DNA of 64,000 nt, from NCBI RefSeq assembly GCF_009914755.1, contig NC_060925.1; one strand, given 5' to 3'. Each line of letters starts with the position of its first letter. Within the stretch, counting starts at the first letter, position 1. Origin of the DNA: the human T2T-CHM13v2.0 reference genome, Homo sapiens. Shown one piece after another: positions 58,438 through 64,000 of this stretch. The translations under genes and the position numbers were made by a program. The notes beneath the pieces are model-generated. The model did not search any database and was not told the origin of the DNA. It saw only the letters and a list, made by a program, of their open reading frames with translations.

Positions 58438-59858
58438 TCATTTGTAAGGTGGGCAGTTTTCAGAACTTAGCAGCAATAAGGTTTCTGATAAAATCAAGAA
58501 GCAAAGGAAGTAACATTGCCTTTTTGAAGTTTTGCTATAAGATTGACATACCAAGGTAAAGATTGAGTCACCTGAGAAGCAGTGGCTCCCAGGCCAGCAA
58601 GAATGTACAAACCTGGCTCTGCCATTTGCTGATTGATATTAGGCAAGTTGCAGATTCCTTGGACATCTCAATCCTTTCATCTGTAAAATGTGTGGATTAG
58701 CATGTATCTCATGCTCCACTGGGAATTTCATAGCAAATATATATACTACAACATGGTTGACCAGATAGATCAGTAATGTCAACTAGAAGGTATTAGATGA
58801 ACATTGTCAGTCTCCAATCAAGCATTGTTTAGGGGAGAGGAATTCTTTCAGGTTCAAGCATTCTGGCTTTTAGTTTGGAGAGGGATGCAGGGATTGTAAC
58901 TTAAAATCTTCAGATATTGAGGCCATTGACAAGTAATCTACTGTAAGGTAGATGCCTCCTGGTATTTTAAAACAGCTTTTCTAATTTCTCATGTTATTGT
59001 ACATAAGCAAAGCAACCTAGTTATGTCTTGGGTAGGTGTTCTTATAGCCGTGAGATGCTACTGACTTGAGGTGGATGCAGAAAAAAATGGAACCACTGCC
59101 TTAATGGGATGGAATATACTAAACATGCATTCTTAAATCCTAGTGCTGGGATGGATTACATGAATTACATTGTGGAGCTGCATATGTGTCTCCCCTCTTC
59201 CCTCCCTGGGGGTTAGGCTGGGTTTGTTTGGTTTTTTTTGTTTTGTCCTCATGAGGCTTAGCATCTAAGGGAGACAGGCATGAATTAACAGAAGTGGCAT
59301 TCTGGTATCTGTCTCAGCCTCATATTCATTTTAGTGTAAATCAGTTTCGTCAAGTCTAGGTATGACAAGGTGGGTCTTTGCACCTTCTAGCGATGGGCAG
59401 CATCCCACAACATAGTGGTCTAATTGAGGTGCTGCACTATGAGTCCTGCCTGTGTTAACCAGCCTTCCTTCATGTCACAATACTGCTGCTGGATTTGCTT
59501 TTTACATCTGCCTATTGCACCTGACTTGGGCATGGATGATATGAGGTAATAAATGCTTTGAAAACCATGAAGGGCCACACAAGTGCTAGTGTTATTGCTG
59601 TGGGACAAGGTCTGGGAATATGAGAACCAGCAGCAGCATGGGTGCAGCTGAGAACCAGATGGTGAACATCTGTCTCCAAAGTGCAACATTCCTGAGCACC
59701 GGATTTATAAGGCATTTCTTACTCGACAGAATTGACTTCATGGAAGGTATGTAGTTTGACTTTGCCTTAGCCATGTTGATCAAATAGGAGTATTGTGCAT
59801 GCCGCAGCTAGACAGAGTCCTGGGCCCTTTAAAAACCTTGTCAGTGACTCCCATTGCA

Positions 59859-60153
<295 letters not shown>

Positions 60154-60884
60154 TTAGCAGAGTAAGTGTTTTTGGAACAATTGCTAATGAAAAGAAGGAA
60201 AAACAGAAAAAAAAAATTTTCTGTTTATGGGAGGTGACTTATTTCTCTATCAATCCTGTGAGTGATTTAGCATGGCAATTCATGAACACTGAGTTGTTTC
60301 CTTGCTCTGATTGTCTGTTGCTCAATGAAATGGCTTTTAGCAGGGCTCAAAGGTGAAGCCAGATTCTCCTGCACTAATAGGATAAGCATGGAGACACCAG
60401 TGTTCAGTGTGGCCTCTGGTTGTCTGAAATTTTGCTGTCAACTCTAATACCTTGAAAGAATTAGGTTTCCAAAGTGGGATATTGTGCTGCTGTTTGTGAT
60501 ATAGCATCTAGACTTAGGAAAGGGCAGGAACAATTTAAAAGCACATCTGTAGGCACAAAGAGAATTATAATAGAAATTCAGAATTCCTAGGCATATGACC
60601 TAGACTAAAATGTCTTCATAACTACAAATGAAATCAGGGTCATTTATAGTACAAACTACCACAGAAGTCAGTAGTTAGGGGATGGAGATAGATATGAAAA
60701 AAAAAAAAAGCAAACCCAGCCTAACTCCCAGGGAGGGAAGAGGGGCGACAGATATGCAGCTACACAATGTTTTTACTATCTTGAGTTCTTTTTACCCAGA
60801 TTCCATAGCTAAATCCAGATGTATTAATAGGTAGAGACTACTTCAGAAAGGATGAGACTATTTTCTTGCTTAATTATCCACACA

Positions 60885-61140
60885 GTAATTCAGAAATGTA
60901 TATTGAACACTTTTTATATGCCAGGCACTGCTGGGCACTGGAAATATAAAAGTAAGCAAAAATGAAAAACTATCCTGTCCTCCTGAGGCTTAGCATCTAA
61001 GGGAGACAGGCATTAGTCAACCCCGTGTGGCTGTGAATCAGCCATGATGCTGAGTGCTACAAGAGAGGACTGTGCGGCTGGGAGGGCTTATAACAGGATT
61101 TGACCTAGTTAGGGAAGATCTGAGGAAGTGATGAAAGAAT
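60885..61140 (-). mobile_element. L2 3' fragment
   Basis: tattgaacactttttatatgccaggcactgctgggcactgg. Confidence 0.65.
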
Positions 61141-61849
61141 GGAAATCAATATGTAAGAGCTCACAAGTCAGAGTGAGATGTTTCTTCCTATACTGCCTGC
61201 TTCTAATGAGCATCCACTTCATTGAACCACCTCTTCATTGAGCCAAACCTACCATACAGGGATACATTCTCTGGAGGAAAGTTGAGCAACTATTGCATTT
61301 GGGACATTAGAGTATGGGTGGGCTGACAGGTATGTGTATGTTTATTATCCAAGACAGCCAAGGTGTTTATCCTGTTACAACATCCCAGAGGACAGAGGCT
61401 CTTATTTGTGACTCTTTTTTCTTACCTGTAACACCAGAGGCATAACGTACATCATAATGCTGCATCTTGTTGACGCTTCAATGCTCACAATTCAAAGGTG
61501 ATTTCTGAAGCACTTTGTTACACTGGGGACAGCTCCTAAATCCTCCCACTCTTTTTTTGCCTCACCTTGGAGTCTTGGGCTCTGTTGATCACTGACTCTG
61601 CCAGGTCTTTCAGCAGGCAAGACAGCTCAGTTAAATTGAGTTTGGACTCCACTGTAGTGCATGCATGAGACAGCACCCCCAATCCCCAACACCCACACAC
61701 AAACTTTAAATATTTGTAACAGAATTGTTACCATTAATATTGCTTAAAGGCTAACACATTAGCCAGAACCTAGATGTCTTCTGGAAATTTTTTATTGCAA
61801 TGTTACTTCATCTACATAAAGTTGTCCAATCACTGAAACCTCCAACTGA

Positions 61850-61855
61850 AATAAA
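61850..61855 (+). terminator. Candidate distal poly(A) signal AATAAA of a long TTF2 3' UTR
   Basis: Hexamer in unique sequence followed by a U-rich tract; agrees with my recollection of a ~6 kb annotated 3' UTR (not verified). Confidence 0.5.
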
Positions 61856-62154
61856 TGGTAAGCTTTTTGTTCTCAATTCTGAAATCAGATTCATTAAAAG
61901 GCACATGGGGATAGATGATATAATACAACAGGCTTCTTCATGGGAAGCAGTTCCCTAGATGTATGAGGTAATTGGAAAATTCAAGGCTGGTCTCTCAGGT
62001 GCATATAATTTATCCAACAGACTCGAGATAAGGCTGATTTTTTTTCCAAGTGGTATTTGTTTAAATGACAAATACTGAGGTTCGGGAGAAGGGAAGTCTG
62101 GCTTATAAAAACAGATACCAAGGAGATCCAAACTAAAAATTCTACCAATTAGAT

Positions 62155-63200
62155 CTTTATTCACTGATCATAATATTAAGTCTCTACTATGTGCCAGGAA
62201 CTGTCCTACATCGGGACAGTATGGTAGTTTAAAAATATCCCTGCCCTCATAGAGCTTACAATCTAATATGAGAGGACAGACAACAAACAGAATATATACA
62301 TGTTGGCCTGTAATCCCAGCACTTCGGGAGGCTGAGATGGCCAGGAGTTTGAGACCAGCCTGGGCAACATGGCAAAACCCCATCTCTACAAAAAATGCAA
62401 AAAATTCACCAGGCATGGGGTCGGGGGGGTGGTGTGCCTATGGTTCCACCTACTCCAGGGGCTGAGGTGGGAGAATCACTTGAACCTCGGGAGGCAGAGG
62501 CTGCAGTGAGCCGAGATTGTGCCACTGCACTCCAGCCTGGGTAACAGAGAGAGAGAGACCCTGTCTCCAAAAAAAAAAACCACAAAACAAAACATATATA
62601 TATGTGAGATGGTGATGAAACTGGGCAACTCTGGGGTGGGAAGTTGCTATTTTGTACAGGGTAGTTAGCTAATAGGGTGATTTTTGATACTGGAGCGAGA
62701 ACTTGAGAGGAACATGAATCATGAAGGTATCTGTGAAAAAAGCATTTCAGATGGAGGGGCAGTGATTCTAAAGGCCCCAAGACAGTGCTTGGAGTTTGAG
62801 GAGCACCAGGCAGACCAGTTTGGCTGGAATAGGGTGATGGAGGCGGATGGGTGGGCAGTAAGAGCAGGGATCCAGATCATGCGGGGTCTTACATGCTGAT
62901 GTAAAGACTCACTTTTCTGAGATGTGCGGCCAATGGACAGTGGTGAGCAGAAGAGTGACATGAGCTGACATATTTTAAAAGATTTCTCTGATATTGGGTG
63001 GTCAAAAAAGATAAAGATTGGGAATTGGCCATTGGATTCTGTAACCTGGAGTTTACTGGTAACCTTGACAAGAGCTATTCCGTGGAGTCTTGAGGATGAC
63101 AGACTGACTGGATTAGATCTTACAGAGAGTGGGAGGGAAACTAGAGATACCAAACAACAATTCTTTTGAGGTCCTTTTAAAGAGGAGCAGAAAAGGGGAA
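62155..63200 (-). mobile_element. L2 fragment interrupted by a + strand Alu (62305-62590)
   Basis: ctactatgtgccaggaactg, ccctgccctcatagagcttacaatcta; Alu sequence clear. Confidence 0.7.
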
Positions 63201-63239
63201 AGGTTGCTAAAGGGGGATGTGAAATTCTTCTTGAAAACT

Positions 63240-63567
63240 CAGCCCTAACACCCAATGCGACTATATTTGGAGAAAGGGCCTTTAAGGAGGTGATTAAGGT
63301 TAAATGACATCATGTGGGTGGGGTCCTAATCCAATAGGACTGGTGTCCTTATATGAAGAGACACCAGGAGCACATACACACAGGAGAAAGGCCATGTGAA
63401 AACAAGGTTGCCATCTGCAAGCCAAGGACAGAGTCCTCACCAAAAAACAACCCTGCCAGCACCTAGATTTTGGACTTCCAGACTCCAGAACTGTGAGAAA
63501 ACTAATTTCTGTTGTTTAATCCACCCAGTCCATGGTATTGTTATGGCAGCCCTAGCCAACTAATACA
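63240..63567 (+). mobile_element. MaLR LTR (MLT1A/B-like)
   Basis: gtcctaatccaataggactggtgtccttat...ttatggcagccctagccaactaataca. Confidence 0.8.
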
Positions 63568-64000
63568 AAAGGGAAATTTGTATTTTAAGAGGGAATATTG
63601 TACCATGTTTATTTTCTGAAGTAAGCAATCTGGGAGAGGGGGAAATTACTGACGCAATGTTTTTGGGCAGTGGCTATAGAATGGGATTTAGTACATGGGA
63701 CAGGAGTTGGCTCTTGATAGGAATTTAGGTAGATGTGTACATGTGGTAGGGATGCTAGGGAAATTCTCTGAATCCTTTTATATTCTTGGTGAAACAGGAA
63801 GCAAGGTCATAAGTGCAGAGTAGAGGTGGGGTAGAAATTGGAGTTTGAGGGGAAGAAAGTATGAATTGTCTAGAAGCATGGGAGAATAAATGGACTGGGG
63901 AGATGTTTCAGGTTATTGGGCAATGCTAAGAGCCCACTGAAGTTAGTGGTCATACATTTAAAGTGAGACTAGTCATCACGCTTTTGTTTTTTCTGCAGGA

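Noticed and set aside
62719-63255. 178-aa minus-strand ORF
   Set aside because: Overlaps L2 and MLT1 remnants; no protein similarity recognised
62000-64000. 3' end of the neighbouring TRIM45 gene
   Set aside because: No coding exon visible; the region is repeat-derived, so the gene probably lies beyond the window

Overview
Human (or very close primate) genomic DNA containing the complete TTF2 gene (transcription termination factor 2, lodestar-type SNF2 ATPase) on the + strand. I reconstructed 23 coding exons from ATG 14788 to TAA 55947. All introns are GT-AG, and exon lengths sum to 3489 nt (1162 aa plus stop). A CpG-island promoter (~13850-15180) has paired CCAAT boxes and GC boxes, MIR942 lies in intron 18 (49066-49151), and the long 3' UTR has proximal and distal AATAAA signals. 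The rest is mostly Alu, L1, L2, MIR, LTR and DNA-transposon remnants, which explain nearly all non-TTF2 ORFs in the track; repeat subfamily names are by eye. I see no unknown protein-coding system. The most unusual signals are three short locally templated insertions. Two sit at nearly the same position in Alu 3' ends, and one creates a perfect 57-bp inverted repeat confined to the long 3' UTR. Other leads are an 83-nt hairpin upstream of the promoter, a candidate UG-repeat-flanked poison exon, a recursive-splicing-type junction at exon 21, a NAGNAG acceptor next to Walker A, and an intron-10 read-through form lacking the ATPase.
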